Assembly: GCF_964204645.1 (NCBI RefSeq) | Contig: NC_134025.1 | Location: forward strand, 23,664,299-23,728,298 | Direction of reading: 5' to 3' | Length of the DNA: 64,000 nt | DNA from: Tubulanus polymorphus | Taxonomy: Eukaryota > Animalia > Nemertea | Shown: positions 35,201-61,304 of the stretch, in pieces | Layout of the letters: each line of letters starts with the position of its first letter | Numbering within the stretch: position 1 is the first letter of the stretch | Translations under genes and position numbers: made by a program | The notes under the pieces: model-generated | Database searches by the model: none | Seen by the model: only the letters and a program-made list of their open reading frames with translations | What the model was told of the DNA's origin: nothing

Positions 35201-38200
35201 AAACATTACATCTATGTGTGCTTCACCTCAAAGCTGTATAATCCTAAAATAATTTTCCGTGAAATGTGGAGGAAATATGAACAGTTTGATATCTGATTGT
35301 TCTGTTTCAGGTTACCTAAAACAACCATTCTTGGCACTTATCTTCGTATTCATTGCCAATGTCTCAAAGGTATACACTTTTAAAACGACGTCATTGTTTG
35401 TTATTCACCACACAGAAAGCGGCCTGAGCTGTTATATCACAGATGAAACCGATTTTATACACGGAGTTATCCGCCATCTCCCAAAAGATGTCATTCGCGC
35501 AAGGGGGACTTGTAAGATACGTATATATACATTCACTCTTACATATACTGTCTTGCGATCAAGCGGCTTGAAATATAGAAAGAAAAGATTTCGATTTTAA
35601 CCAAATTCTGACATGATATCTTCGACTTTTGAATCCAGCAAATTATGTATTCCTTCATGAAATATACCGTGTAAAATGTATCTGTATCACCATTCACGTA
35701 TCTAAATTACAGTGTGAGTGAAATACCGTTTGTAAAGAGTGTTCAAAAAATCGCTAGAGATTTTTTTCTTGCTTCATTTTTAGAATATGATATGCAGTTT
35801 TGTTGTTGGAAATGTCAATTGCGCTTATGTTTATCTCTTCCACGCACGTGTACATTTATTTTCTATCGAATCGTTTTATCCACACTTTGCGCAAACATAA
35901 TCAATGGCGAAGATTTGCTTAATCAGTCTTGAGTCGATTTCTATAAACGGCATTTTGGCACCATTAGTATTGACTGGCCGAGCGAAAATAGATAATCAAT
36001 CCATCAACATGTCCGTATTATCAATTCATTAGCAGTCGAATAGTTGACGTTCTCGGCGACTGCGGATCAGAAGAAACCTTAGCAAATTCGGCCTGAACAC
36101 ACGCGACGTTTAATTAGCAGCGGAGATGAGTATTAAATGTCGAATGGATTCGTATTTCAGATATATTCATTCGACCAAACACGTGATTATAGCGTGTAGA
36201 AAGGTGTGGTCGAAATATCCATCTTCATTTGAACTATTCTTACAGTCCACACCCGCAATATTTCTCATATTTGACAGGTAACGTTGTAGTCATGAAAAGA
36301 ACATGTTTTCATTACGTCGCAGCGAATATTGTACGTACATGCATATATATTCAAAAATACACGGTCTCGCACAATTGATGAATAAGATTTTCGATTCGAT
36401 CAATGCTAATAGAGTTGAAAACTAATTTCAATCGTAAATGTTCAGGAGGAATTCAATTATTGAACTGTCGTAAATGAAGCCCATATGCTACTCGCTTCAA
36501 GTGGCCAACATTTCATTGCAGTGTTCGTCGAGTTGAAAGCAATTTCAGGATCGCAGGACGTTCGTACATTACGATTAGAAATCTAATAGCTGGTAATAAT
36601 ATACACGTTTGATGAACTCAGTCAGCCGCACGAATTTGAACTGGCATCCACCCGATCGCTGAGTAAACTGGGTGATAATGGATGTTGGGTGGCATGAAAT
36701 TCTGACCGCGTTAACTGTAGGTAATTAAGGGAGTTCTTGGTCTACACCAGTGGGCAAAACTACAGAAACTGCAAGTTCGAGGTGAATATTCCATGATTCG
36801 CGTCGCGGAAAACGAACGCCATCTTTGGCAGAATTTGGCAAAGCTAAGGATACACGGCTCGGGTGGTTTGATTTAATTTTAAATGCCGGTAGTTTAACTC
36901 AACCGATAGTCAACTGAGCTGAAATAACCCTAAGAATACCGATCTATAAAACTGGTCCCCTTGCCCAGTTGTTGGACAATGTGAGAAAGCAGTCTCAACA
37001 ACTTGAAGTTCAAGCTATAGATAAAAGTTAGATAGTCTGGCCCACTTCCAACGCATTTTTTTTAAATAGCTTATTAGTGAACTCATGTGGTAGACTGTAT
37101 GCTGTTGATGTTATTAATGTGACACGCTTGACGGAGGATTTCCATATTACTCAAGATATAATCATATAGTTTCCCGGCATTCGTTCGGCGATCCGAGAGT
37201 AGATAAACACGGCAGAAAATGAGAAAAGTTACCGACGTCTTTCGCTTGTTTAAAATTGACGCTTATAGACATGAAAGAGAACCTCATTCTTCAGATGATT
37301 TTCCAAGTGGGTGGGTAGCTTCAATTCTAAAAGAAATTTCAAATAAAGCTTAAGCAGTAATTCAAACGTGTATTGACATTGTACATACCTGAACTGCGGG
37401 AAAGCACGACACAAAGAAAAGGCTGCAAATAGAAAAGAACAAATATTTCACATTGACTTATTTCTAGAGAAATTATGATATCTGAATCCCCAGGCTTCAT
37501 TTTGTAAAATTCATTATTCAAGAAGCTCTATTAGCAAATACAAGAAAACTCCATTAAAATCACCGAGGTTTTGCCAGAAAAATATAATTTACAGATTTAT
37601 TGACGGTATATCGGAAGCCGAAGACATCGATCGATCCATCATTTGTAGCGTGTACCACCGGAACGAATGAACGCGAGTAAATGTTTTAGTACGACGGTAT
37701 TATATCAGACGGATTTATGGCCACCGATAAATCTTGTTTTGTTCTCTTTTCGTGGATTAAGAACTGCTTTCATCGGTTTGATATCCGGCTCGGTTTAAAT
37801 ACAACGCAGTTAAGAAGCAGGCTGCTATTATATTCGAACGCCCACCAGTTTCCCAGCCGCTGTTCCACACGGGTTTCGAGCACCAGTGAATCCACGTGAC
37901 AAAGACTCGAGTGAAAAGCAACTTAAACTTTCTCCTACCAACCTAACTGGTGCAAGATTTATTTGATCATATTGGAAAAAAACTGTTGGCAGTTACTTAA
38001 TCAATGCTTGTTCGACAACGCGTCTGGGGTATATATGCACCGCGTCCTCTGGGCGTGAAATCCCCATGCGACAGGAACTTGAATTCCTAATTTAATGAGG
38101 TATTGCGAATCGGAAATTGCAATATTGAAGGGCCTTGAAGCTTAGCGTACCGCGCACAAACTTATTTGCCAGAACAATTCGGTCGTATACCCGTTTTTAG

Positions 38201-39534
38201 ATATCAAAATCTTCACCTTTATTGGTTATATCCTCTTTAACAATCTATATATACCCTAGTGAATCAGGCTATATGGTCGTCTGATACGTGTTGCCAATCT
38301 AAAGGTAACAATAAATTAGTGCAAAGACAAACTGGACGCTGCACTGATTGGCTTGAAGGCCAGACGGCGACAGAACGTCTTTCGGGTTTTGCTGTTTGTG
38401 ATGCCAGCAGACGTGTCGCTGCTTCGGATGAAATGGTCTAGCAAAAATAATCGAAAAACTCTTTATTTAGGGTCTATTTCAATAAACCATATGAAAAAAA
38501 GAATATGATACCCGTGCTGGATGTGCGCGGAGACATGTCGGTTGAACAGTTAATGCATTATTCAAGGCCTTCTAAAATAGCATCGCATTTATTTGCATTC
38601 AAAGTGAAGTCGATTTCGATGCATGAAACCAATTGATCATCGGGCAAGATACTTTCCCGAGATTAACAGCGGCATTATCTGTTGATCTACGTCTGTCTGT
38701 GTGAGACGCATGGATAGGTAATGAAAATGTCTTGTCTCGTCACTTTCAAAGCGCTGATCAAAGCTGCGATTGTAGCCGATATCAGTAGTATCTTATTATT
38801 CCAGAACTTGAATTAATGGTTTACCGAGAAGAATTAGGGAAAACAGTGACATTTCTGTCATTCAACCCTTAGCTTCGAAACATTTTTTTGCGGTTCATTC
38901 CAATTTTTTTGGTTTTTTTTTCATTAATCAAAGACAAACTGTTTATGGATTTTATACATACATTTTATACACACTCCATCATATCTCTCACAGTTCTGTT
39001 AGTCAATTTCGATGGCATCAATCACGGCTGGGGGCTTATTTAGGCTCATAGTCGACGTGGCATAATCTGATTAGAGGCATCACCATCGAAAATAGCAACG
39101 TCTAAGTAATTCGACCATGAACTCTATAGAGTCAATGATTAGACGAAGAAAACAAATCCTCAAAATGATTTTGTTTTCGCCACGTGGAGAATGTCGAAAC
39201 CTTTATATATGATAACAACTATCGTAGACTTTACACAGATTCCATCATTAAGAAGTGACAGTGAATAATGTGCACTCGGGACCCCGAAAAATAGCGCGCT
39301 AGACCAATAGAACTATGCATATTCACTTCACCAGTGGTTATAGGATGTTGTCCTAACGCGTAACGCTACCGTAACGCTGCCCTCCCCTCTAATTGTATTA
39401 CTTCTATTATAACTTATCATATCATGTTGTGTTTAATTATATTTTGTCTTATCATGTAGCCCATTGCCGAGATCACTTTGGGGCTCTACTTACAATGTAA
39501 CGAATGAGAACGAATAAGTGACAACGGCAGTGTA

Positions 39535-39603
39535 GTCACCGAAGATCGAACCTGGGTCTCATACACCAAAGCAAGTGTTCTAACCAATAGGCCAATATAG
39601 CTA
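39535..39603 (-). mobile_element. Degenerate tRNA-derived SINE head / tRNA pseudogene
   Basis: Minus strand has A-box TGGCCTATTGG and B-box GGTTCGATCT at tRNA-like spacing; the cloverleaf stems are poor. Confidence 0.5.
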
Positions 39604-42600
39604 GTCCTCTTGGTCAGTGGTTATACATCATGATGTCGTAATGAGTAACATTATCAGTCTGCGCGTGATTTAGGATTAAAATTTTAAAAAAAATTATTTT
39701 ATAAGCATAATAATATCATCTTCGTTGTTTTGGTTTCATCCACATACATATTCATTATCACATTTCCATAGACATCCCTGGCGTTTGTTTCAGTGCTAAT
39801 CGGTATCAATTTTTAACTTATTTACCAATTAATGACGTCGCTGAAAATGAGACGATAATTTGGCATAGAATCTTTTTTTTCGGTAGACTGATCCCTAGCA
39901 TTATTATTACTATTTTAGACATCAATCAAATCATTTGCAGTTTGTGGAAACACAGTTAAATGTCAATTCGTGCTGTATCACTCCCTTGTGAATATCGTCG
40001 AGACATTTTATATGTATACATATCCGCGTTATATCACATCACAGTAAAATAATATTTTGCAAAATTCTCTTCTTCGTTGTTGTCATTAATCATCGAAAGA
40101 TCCAAATTTTCATACACTTTATACAACGGGTGTTGACTTTACCGACAACTATACGTATATCATTTACTCATAATCAACACAAGTCATCTTTCTAACTGTA
40201 GTTCGGACCTCCAACCATTTCCGCATTTTTGTGGGCGTCTATTTCTATTCCCATAAATATGAAATCAATTCGCGTTTCATTTGCACATGTCCAATTCGAA
40301 TAACAACGCAAATTTACCTGTGTCGCACGACAAACATCGCTCTGGAAGGCAGTGCGGACAATTTGTTATCATCTATACGTAATACAAACTCATCTATCTC
40401 AGATTTAAGCCCAAACCATCGCTTAATTGGATAAAATGAGGATACAATAGTCATCGTAACCGTATTAATCATTTTGGCCCGAGAGTTTCAACGGCGATTT
40501 CCCAATTTGTGTTTCAATATTGTAGTTGAGTTCCACATATATCCTGAACTTCGCTTATTACTGCAAAATGGATTTCGTCACCATAGCAACAGATACGACT
40601 CTTATGTCTTCATTTCTAATCAATTTATCGCTTTGCCGACTGGACACCTGTAAACTGGTTCTTTGATCCATGAAATATCGAGTACCCTAAGTATGATAAT
40701 TGAGCGTTTGTTTGAACTTGTATCTTATTTCGATAGAAATCGAAAGATATCATTTTCAGCCTACGTTGGAAATGTAACAAACAAAAAAATCGGAAATAAG
40801 TTATCAATTACGTAAATTAGTAATCTATGTATTTCAGTCTACTACATATCTATATAGATGGCAATCGAACTTGATAATTTACGTCATCTATTCTTGGTTC
40901 ACCAATATGTGTGACTAAAGGGTTTTCATGTACCAGTTTTAAGTAGAATATAATATCGATATACAATATCTCAAAGCGTATCACAGGCGTGATTAAATTC
41001 TGTTTAACAACACGCTAATATCATATTTAACGCCGCCATCGATAACCACCTGTTTGTCGTCGAAATTAAAAGCTCTTTTGGCCCATCCAGTCACGTAAAC
41101 TGATTCGGTCTGCATACTCACTTCCCGGACTCGCTTATTCATCAACGTTAACGCAATATAATAACCTGTGAGACCTCACTAAATGGGCTGATTGGCATTT
41201 GATTTCTCCCCAAAGCCTATTCGCCGATGTCGATTATAATTTCGTCTTTGGTACTGTTTTGGAATAGCTGCGCACGTGTCGAGATGCCATTATAACATTT
41301 TACCCCCGCTTTAATCAATTTAATGGGTGATACGTGAACAGGTGCTTTTAGCGAAACCGGTAACTAATTGCGTGTTGGTTTTTCATGCAATTCATATTGG
41401 CCATGAAATATTTCCATCAACGACGAATAAAAACAGTCACCTGGAAATTTTAGAACGCCATATCACCCGCAAAGTCTAAGTTCGCAGGAAAAGGATTCAG
41501 CTTCATTATTTCTTTCGTCGTGACAATAATGAAATCTCTTGCTTGGTGTATACTGGGTAGTTATTTCATGTGGCAAAAACAGTTTGAACTAATCGGAAAT
41601 GTCTGTAGGAGCGTTAAGAATATAGCTAACTGTCACTTTCTCCTAGCAAGCCATATCTGTTGCTGGAATACACTGCGAGTTGAACAAATATCGGCGCCGC
41701 CGGGCTAGATCTGCATAACAGTTAGCGGGTATCAATAATAACGCTATTAGGGTTGCACAATTTTCGCTATTAGACTAGGGAGATGTATCCCACCTCTCTG
41801 ATAATACCAACGCGAGCTCAAAATCTGTAGATACATTAAATCATCGAAAATACATGCGTTACATCATCGTGTAATAAACAGTGCGGTGGTCTTACCGGAT
41901 AAATCATTTAAAAAAATGGATATATATTGGTCTTGCCAGGAACCTTCATAGTCCATATTGTCTAGGTCGATATTATACCAACCAATTTCGTTTATGCGTC
42001 GTTTTTGTCGATACGGATAAAGATAAACGTATAATAAGACCATTAACCACACCGATGTCACATCCGCGGTTACACCATCCCGGTGCCACGATCTTCCGAC
42101 GGTAATTATCCAACCGAAGCAGGAAGGGCAAATAGACCCGTCACCAAAGCAGATTTCTTGCGATTGGGTCAAGGATGCAACTTACTCTCTTGTCATTAGT
42201 CTTACCTTCCGAAGATGATGTCGATATTGGTGTGTAATTGAATAGTGGTTGAGCAATTTGAGGAGGGGCAATTATCATCCGATGTGACATTCCGCCTTCG
42301 ATCAATCAAAACCGATCGGTTCGATTTTCATCTCAATTTTAATAATGGATTTACCGAAATACACTTATTTTTATTTCGATAAAATATCTATTTACAACCT
42401 CGATTAAGGCGTTTCCAACAAAACAACGTCATCATTATTGCAACTATCAACGTCTTGTTTTTGAAAATGAGCCTCCGGTGGAATGGTATTTTGAACACCG
42501 AGAAGATAATGAATAATGTTGTTTTCCTTATAATGGTGCATTTTTCTGATAATAGTTATAGATGGTGTAGACCTACATATGAATCGTATGAACGTATGAG

Positions 42601-45600
42601 GGAATAATAATATTAGGCTTACGCATTCCCTTGAATCTCTCCATGTGTCGTCGTTTGTATAATGGTAAACATTTTCATATCTTTGTTTGCACGGTAAGCA
42701 TCTTTACGCCATCACGTGAATGGAGATAAAGATGGAAAATATCGTTCGCTGCAAACAACCATAAGCTGATTTCACTGCGACAGATCGGGGCAAGCTCGTC
42801 TGCGTCACGCGGATTATTGCGGTCAAGGTCGCAGTTGAAATGGACCCAGCCTATACCTCGCTCGATAAATGTGTGTGGATTTTAGAAGTTAACTCCCATG
42901 AATAAGAAAATTTTGAAGTTGAGAGATTCATGTTCGCCTACCAACAAAGTGCAGCAGTAGTTCATCCATATTTAGAAACAGTCGGAAGATGACGCGAGCA
43001 ATTATTGGATATACATACGAACTACATCAGGGATAATATTTGATGATCAATCAACATCAACAAGCTGCGAGTCGTATTTCCTACCAGGATTAATTCGTTC
43101 AGAGGTCTCGACGGAGTTAGCTCCATGTTTTCACTAGCAGGTTATCTTATAGCATCCCGGCTTCACCAAACACCCGATGTAGAAACATTTCATTAGTCGG
43201 CGATTTTCTCCGCAATGGTCTACTTGATATTCGGCACGTGCCCTTGTCTGGACTCCCCTGATCTTATCCCTGGGAGGATGGATAGTCAAAGGGCTAATGC
43301 CCCTGTCAATAGAGACGGAAAAAAAAGATTCGTCGCGATGATTTAGCTAGCACTACAAACCTTGGCAATCCAAGTATTTGCATCACAAAACAAGTCACGT
43401 TTAAAGGGTAATCATTTTTCATGCGTTATGTTCTATAGTGCAACTTGACAATCATTAAATTAATATTCTATACCGTTACCTTTGTTATAAATCGTTCTCT
43501 CCAATATAATTTATTCATTCTTGCAATCCATTGTGGGTTTTAAGGCCAGTGCTAATTCACGGGTAGTATATAGTAACGCATTTGAAATTGATTGCGTCCC
43601 CGATGTTGACGCTGGTGGTTTACTTATGTCAACTGGGAATTGGGCGATTTGTCTTTGATGGCTTACGCGTTCTAGCTTTTAATTAAACCGGATACCACGT
43701 GTGTTAAACCACACATTTCAGAGCTGCTTTGATGGATATTATGTTTGTATTGAATGAAATGCAATAGATATCCCGGGAGTCTCTTCAACAACCCGGTCAC
43801 GTAACCCCAATCCCGCACGCTAAATAATTCTAAGCGATGGAATTCCACTTTCACGCTCGTGATGAAGAAACAATGATGATCATCAGTAATTCGAAGCTTA
43901 GACTGTCAATATCCGATATTGCCATCATTTCACGCGAAAGCAATTTATTTTTATTGTACGGAGACCATTTGACTGAATACATTTCCATTTAAAAAATTGA
44001 CGGACGGTGATAAGCGGGTGTTCTTTATTTATGTGAATATTTCTTGTGCGCTGTATTATGTGTACAAGATAATGCGATGGGTATGGGAAAACTGCTAGAA
44101 AATGTAACCTGCATGCATCGTTTCATAGAAATGAATGAAATACCTTTAAAACCGTTAAAAATAAAAGTTCTTTTGATTTTCTTACTATTTCTCTGCGATT
44201 TTGTTTTTCTTTTGTTTTACTTATTAAAAAATTCTTTTTAACGAAGATTATCTACGTGGTATCTTTTAGGACTCTGGAAGTATAAGACGACCGAAGAATT
44301 ACGCATATACAAATAGAACATACCGGTTTTAAAAATTGAACAAATACTGTTTGCGTCTGCTACTAATTCCAACATTGTTCACGTGGATTAAACACACAGT
44401 GAATATAACAGAAGATACGACGTGAAACTTGTTGTGCCACATTTTGATACACCAAGAATTATTAACGGAAAACTAATGTGATGGCCAGAAAATATTGTTG
44501 AAAAAGTCCCTTAATCATTCGTACAAGAAATAACATGAATACATGTAGATTTTGGATGATCGCATCCTGGTTACGGTATCATTGCAAGTTTCAACATTGT
44601 CGTTACATAGGATCGATTCTTGGTTTCGGTTTTCACCCATAAATTGGTTTGATTTGTGGCCAGAACAAGGATGCGACGTACGTACGTGCATACAACTATT
44701 TGAGATACATATAGTCTGTGTCTACACCCGTGTAATTAGTGCCTGATTACATACCGCGCCAGGATGTAATTATTCCGGCTGTTGTTTTTTCCATGGCAAT
44801 GGGTTTGGAGTCGTGGGCTGCTGCTGCAGAACCACAGCTATTCAGTGAGTACTTGATGAGGTTTGCTGTCGTCACGTCACGGCAAAATACCATTTAAATG
44901 CCTTCGATCGAATGAATACACACATGTGATACGTAAACATAAACTAGGTACCGCAAATTTTAGATGAGCAGTGTCGTACCCAGTGAAGCATAAGTTGCAT
45001 TTACTTATACTTAACATACCATTGTGCGAAGATAATACGCACTAACATCTAATTTATACCCGTTCTTGAAAAAGAATCTGAAAACATATGGTTTGTATTT
45101 GAACTGCCGGCTGAAACTCTTTCGGCAGATGGAGAATCATGGACTCTAAAATGATGTAGAATTTAGATGGTGTGTGGCTATTTTTGGAAACAGGAGCTGC
45201 GACAGTCTGAAGTGTGACCTGATACTGAACGAATAATAACCGACATTAGGCAGTCCTTTTGGTCAAGTAGCTTCTGGTATACGTCTGTTAAGAATAATGT
45301 TAATGAAACATTTCTAGCATTTCCAGACCGAGTGGTTCGAGTGATGTAAAAATCGCGTGGGCTGTCGATAAGGCATCATATATGAAAAGTGAATATTTGC
45401 CAAATACAGTGAACGCACGTTCTATCTTCATGCGGAATAGACTTCTAAAAGAGTAATAAATTCAACAGTGAAAGACGAATACATTACTTTTTATTTCATT
45501 GCATTTGATTTTACTTTCGAATCAATTTGCAACGTTGAAAGGGAAATAAAATGCTTTAATGGTGCTATTTGTTGAATTTATGGGGTCGGAACACTTGAAT

Positions 45601-46671
45601 TTGATTTTCATTGGATTCTCATATTTCATTTCATAACACTGCCACAAGATGTGCCCACGCTCATCGCGTGTGATTCATCAATTCGAAAAAGACATATTTC
45701 TATTTTAAACCACTGTTTGCAATGGAAATCTTACATAAAAAGCCTAACTACCTCATACACGTCCTAAAGCAATACATTACATATGTACTTCATACATTTT
45801 CTTGGTTATCCTTAATGACTTCTAGGGTTTATTGAGGTGCCGATATATATGCTAGAAATTCTGACGGAACTATATAAAAAACGATGTTACGTGTATATAT
45901 CAAAATACTTACGTCTACCCAAACAAGTAAATCATCCATCGAAAGAAGAAAGGTCGTCTCTGTTATAGTAGCTTACATATACATGTATTTCGGTCTATTC
46001 GTCTTAATACACATTCATCATTCGAATTATCAAATATAATATCATTATTAACACCATTCCATAGGAATCTACATAACCACCATTAAACAAAAGCATGTAA
46101 CACGTGATTGTGACTATAATGCGCCGAATAAACCGAAAAGCCCGTTTCCATCATAAATACTAATTCATAAATATATAATTTATGTATATATTTATAAGTC
46201 ACGAATACTGTGGGTTCGTCGCAATATCTATGGATCAGTTCAATCAGCACTTTTATGCCCTAATACTCGCGTCCTTTCAGAGTTTCCATCCGTTCGCCAT
46301 ATTCACGCACAAAAGAAGCCGAATGTCGGAATGACAATGTGGGAACGGAATGATGCATTACCGATATACATATAGAAATACGTATATTCATGTACAGTAC
46401 ATATATGCATGGTCGTAAACGTGATTATGTACAAATATAACTTCCGTGAGTATATGTACAACTGTCGTTTTACAAAAACCGTACAAACTAACTCATGGAA
46501 CGCCGATATTTACACAAAGGTTACAACTGAAAACGTCCCCAGGAAAACAACATAGACACATGCTATTTTTGTCACTACTCAGTTCCAGTCATCAGCGATT
46601 TCATTAGTGCGTCAAGACTTTTTCCTTTATTATCTTGATAAAATCCAGCGAGCGTACAAAACACGCGCTGG

Positions 46672-47151
46672 CTACGAAATTGATTGTCCAAAAGCGTCAG
46701 TTCCAACTTGTCCGGAGTTCCAGTCGCCCGTCGCTCCCTTCGATCGTGTTGAGGCACTTCGGTTGATTTGATTGTTCCCTATGCCCGGGAGAATTCCGTA
46801 CTGAAGTTTTTGGTTAGTCTTTGGTTGTTTTGTGCGCGCGAAGCCCGAATGAGCCATAGATATGGATATGGTCGGTCGTACTTGTAAGGAGGATATCTCC
46901 ATTCGAGGCGTCCTCGACGAAAATCGACGCCGCTTCGTCCAGTTTTCCCAGCAGGATGTAAAAAAACAGCTTTCGCTATCGACACTCGAACAAATTGGGT
47001 CTCGACATCGGCCACGTTTTCGATAGTGATATCGCAGAAACGATCCAAGTAAAAATCCAACGAAACATATCGTTATGAGAACATACGGAATCCATAGTAT
47101 CTTAGCTTTTTCGAGCCCTTCATTTTCGAGCGTTGTGTTGTTATTTTGCAT
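46672..47151 (-). CDS. Small single-pass membrane protein (159 aa), uncharacterised
   Basis: ATG ORF with N-terminal N-glycosylation sequons (NNT/NTT), TM segment ILWIPYVLITICFVGFLLGSF and a basic stop-transfer RYHYRKRGR. Splice-donor-like sites upstream at ~47440 and ~47645, and an AT-rich UTR with AATAAA at ~45490. Confidence 0.6.
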   Translation of the reverse strand: MQNNNTTLENEGLEKAKILWIPYVLITICFVGFLLGSFLRYHYRKRGRCRDPICSSVDSESCFFTSCWENWTKRRRFSSRTPRMEISSLQVRPTISISMAHSGFARTKQPKTNQKLQYGILPGIGNNQINRSASTRSKGATGDWNSGQVGTDAFGQSIS

Positions 47152-48275
47152 GTTTATCTGCCATGAATTAATCGTAAATAGTATTTGTCGCGTCGATTTC
47201 GCGTCGGAAATGTGTTAATTACCCTCAGTAACTAAGTCCCTGTTTCGCTGTGTGTGTATCGTTCTGATACATGTATGCAAATACAACCTATCTCATCGAA
47301 AACCACCGTCTGAGTGTCGCTGCTCAGATTGTCGCTTTACTTCTTAGAATTCTATTGTTTCTCGGAGTATATCGAATATCGCCAGTTATTGTGTCTATAT
47401 AAAGAAACGCTGTAAACCACCTTCTAATAAGATAAGTCTACCTGCCTCCGTGTTCAACACGCTGTGCTGAGTAAAATGTCATAGGTTTCAGCATGAAGTG
47501 ATGATGACAACAACGTACGTATACCGCGTAGAACACCGTGTCACCGAGAATAGTCAAGTCCGTTGAACGAATTTCACATTAACACGTTCGAATAGACAGC
47601 GTTAATCACACGATATAAAACAAAAGACTACGGCGATGATATTACCAGATCATTTCGGTGGTTAGATTCTCGTCGTTCGATCTCCGGTACAGTCCGTTGC
47701 GCTTCGAGAAATGTCACCATGGTCGTACCATTGCGGTAGGAAGCGGTACTCTAACTTGATATGGCACCCGGCTCTTCGTTTTCCGAGTGCTGCCATTTGC
47801 TCACTGGCACAGCTTACCGAATTACGCGAGGCAGATTTTATCAGATCGGCGAAGGTTCCGAGTGTTAGATCGCGCGCAGTGTTTTACGGAGGGAGAGAGC
47901 TCACTCTCGCTAAGCTATCGAGCCAGGGTGTATCAGAGAAACATGCGTGAGTGAAAACTGCCAAGCCAGCTCGAATGAGTCCGATAATCTTCGGTCGACG
48001 AAGATAACTTTTTTCCTAACGTGATCAATCTGGCGAATGAAGACGAGCTTCTATCTGATCTGACGTAGACAAAAAAAAGATTATCGTTTGGTTGTGTGTT
48101 GATCAACCTAATATCATTGCCGAAGGCCTTATAACGAAAATCGATTCGAATTCAATTTTACCTGATGTAGCTACCTGACGTAAAATTCTCAAATCGTCAT
48201 CGACCGATGATGATCTCGGCGGTGTATATGCATATACACCACATAGTGTTATCCATAATTCATATTCTATTCATA

Positions 48276-48581
<306 letters not shown>

Positions 48582-49956
48582 AGCAAATAAAACTGCAGTG
48601 CTCATAGCACGATATGATTCAACAAAAAGTATCATTCTTTTAATGGTTGTCATAGAAATCTACATGACCAATGCTTTGGGCGTTGCCAGAAATAGCGTCA
48701 CTTCAACAGCGTCACGAAAAGAACACAATTTCCTTCGTTGAGATCAAACAATATTCGTTCCGTCAACCTTGACTTGTAATCAACGTCAGTCGAGGACTTG
48801 CTACAAGAGTGTTGTATTAGGGACTCTCGAATTTCAGTTCTCAACATAATTTTCTTCCAAACATACCGTGCACGCGCGCGCGCGCGCATCGTTTCGTTGA
48901 GAACAAGTTCTTATAATTTTACATCTGTCACATACAAGAATGTGACGATATGCCTATAAATTAATCTAAAAGTTGACGTTTCAATAATGGCACGTGCGTT
49001 TAGCTTTCCGCCAGACATATTTATTATGTTCTATGAATAATTTCATATTTGAAAGGTTTGTGTCTGTATCGCATGGCGCACAACCTGACTAAAAATAGAT
49101 GACCGAGGCCAAATTTTAGAAAAATATATATATATATTATAAATACGTTCATGACAGAAAAATCTTATTAGAAATTTAAGTATTTCTCATTACTGTATTG
49201 TGAAATGAGGCCTGTAATGAACTGAATAGCAAATGAAAAACGCATATCGGAAGATGACAAACATTGCTTGAGCGACTATCAGTTGGACAAACATGGCAAT
49301 AGCAATATATTGAATTTAGTCAATCTAGGAATACTCGATGATTAAATAAATTATACTCTTTCACATGAAGTAGAACATGTACTTGAATTATTTTCGCAGC
49401 TTAATTTACTTCAGATCGCAAAATCATTATCTGGAGGAATTGTGTTCAGAACTGGCTAAGTCTGGCTAAGTGTGATGACGACAGCACTCGACATCAAAAG
49501 GCCAGCTGTGTCGACATTTAATAAATCAGGGTTTTCACATTATCGAGAGTCTTCCGCTCAGAACTTCAAAGGACCGCACAAAAATTCAGGCGACCTGTAC
49601 ACACATTTGGCAGGAACTGCACCTTTTTAAAGTCATTCTCTCTAGTATATTACATTAATAATTTTTCTTGTCAAGTTTTTCTGTAATTTCCATCACCGTG
49701 ATCACACAGCATGAGTCGCGGCGGCGATGGGTAGGCTCGGCACCATGGGTTTTTCGAAAGGCATACCCTACTGTCAAAGGATTTTTTTAAAGAATTAAAC
49801 ACAGTCATATCAGGCGATTCTCCAATGAAAGTCCTTTTGTCTTAAGTCGTGTCGTAGAAAATACGCCGACGGTGTGGCGGGCCGCTCCGAAAATAATTCA
49901 ATAATGCTTAATTGAATTGAATCGATGCATGGCAGCACCTTACGGGATGATTTGGC

Positions 49957-49968
49957 AATATGGCGGCG
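49957..49968 (+). promoter_or_regulatory. YY1-type motif near the GCN2 start
   Basis: CAATATGGCGGC matches CAANATGGCGGC, ~120 bp upstream of the ATG. Confidence 0.45.
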
Positions 49969-50083
49969 CCCATGAAAAAAAAAATTCCCAAAATAAAATT
50001 TAATTTTATCGCTTAATTACTCTTTTTTGAATTGTCAGTACATTTTAAGTATAGATTATGCGTTTAAGTCGATTGATTGAAAT

Positions 50084-61304
<11,221 letters not shown>

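Noticed and set aside
36911-36975. CTGGTCCCCTTGCCCAGTTGT resembling miR-133
   Set aside because: Mismatch at the 5' end and several in the body, with only a partial hairpin. Probably chance.
41864-42172. 102-aa minus-strand ORF
   Set aside because: Non-ATG start, no recognisable motif and no supporting exon chain
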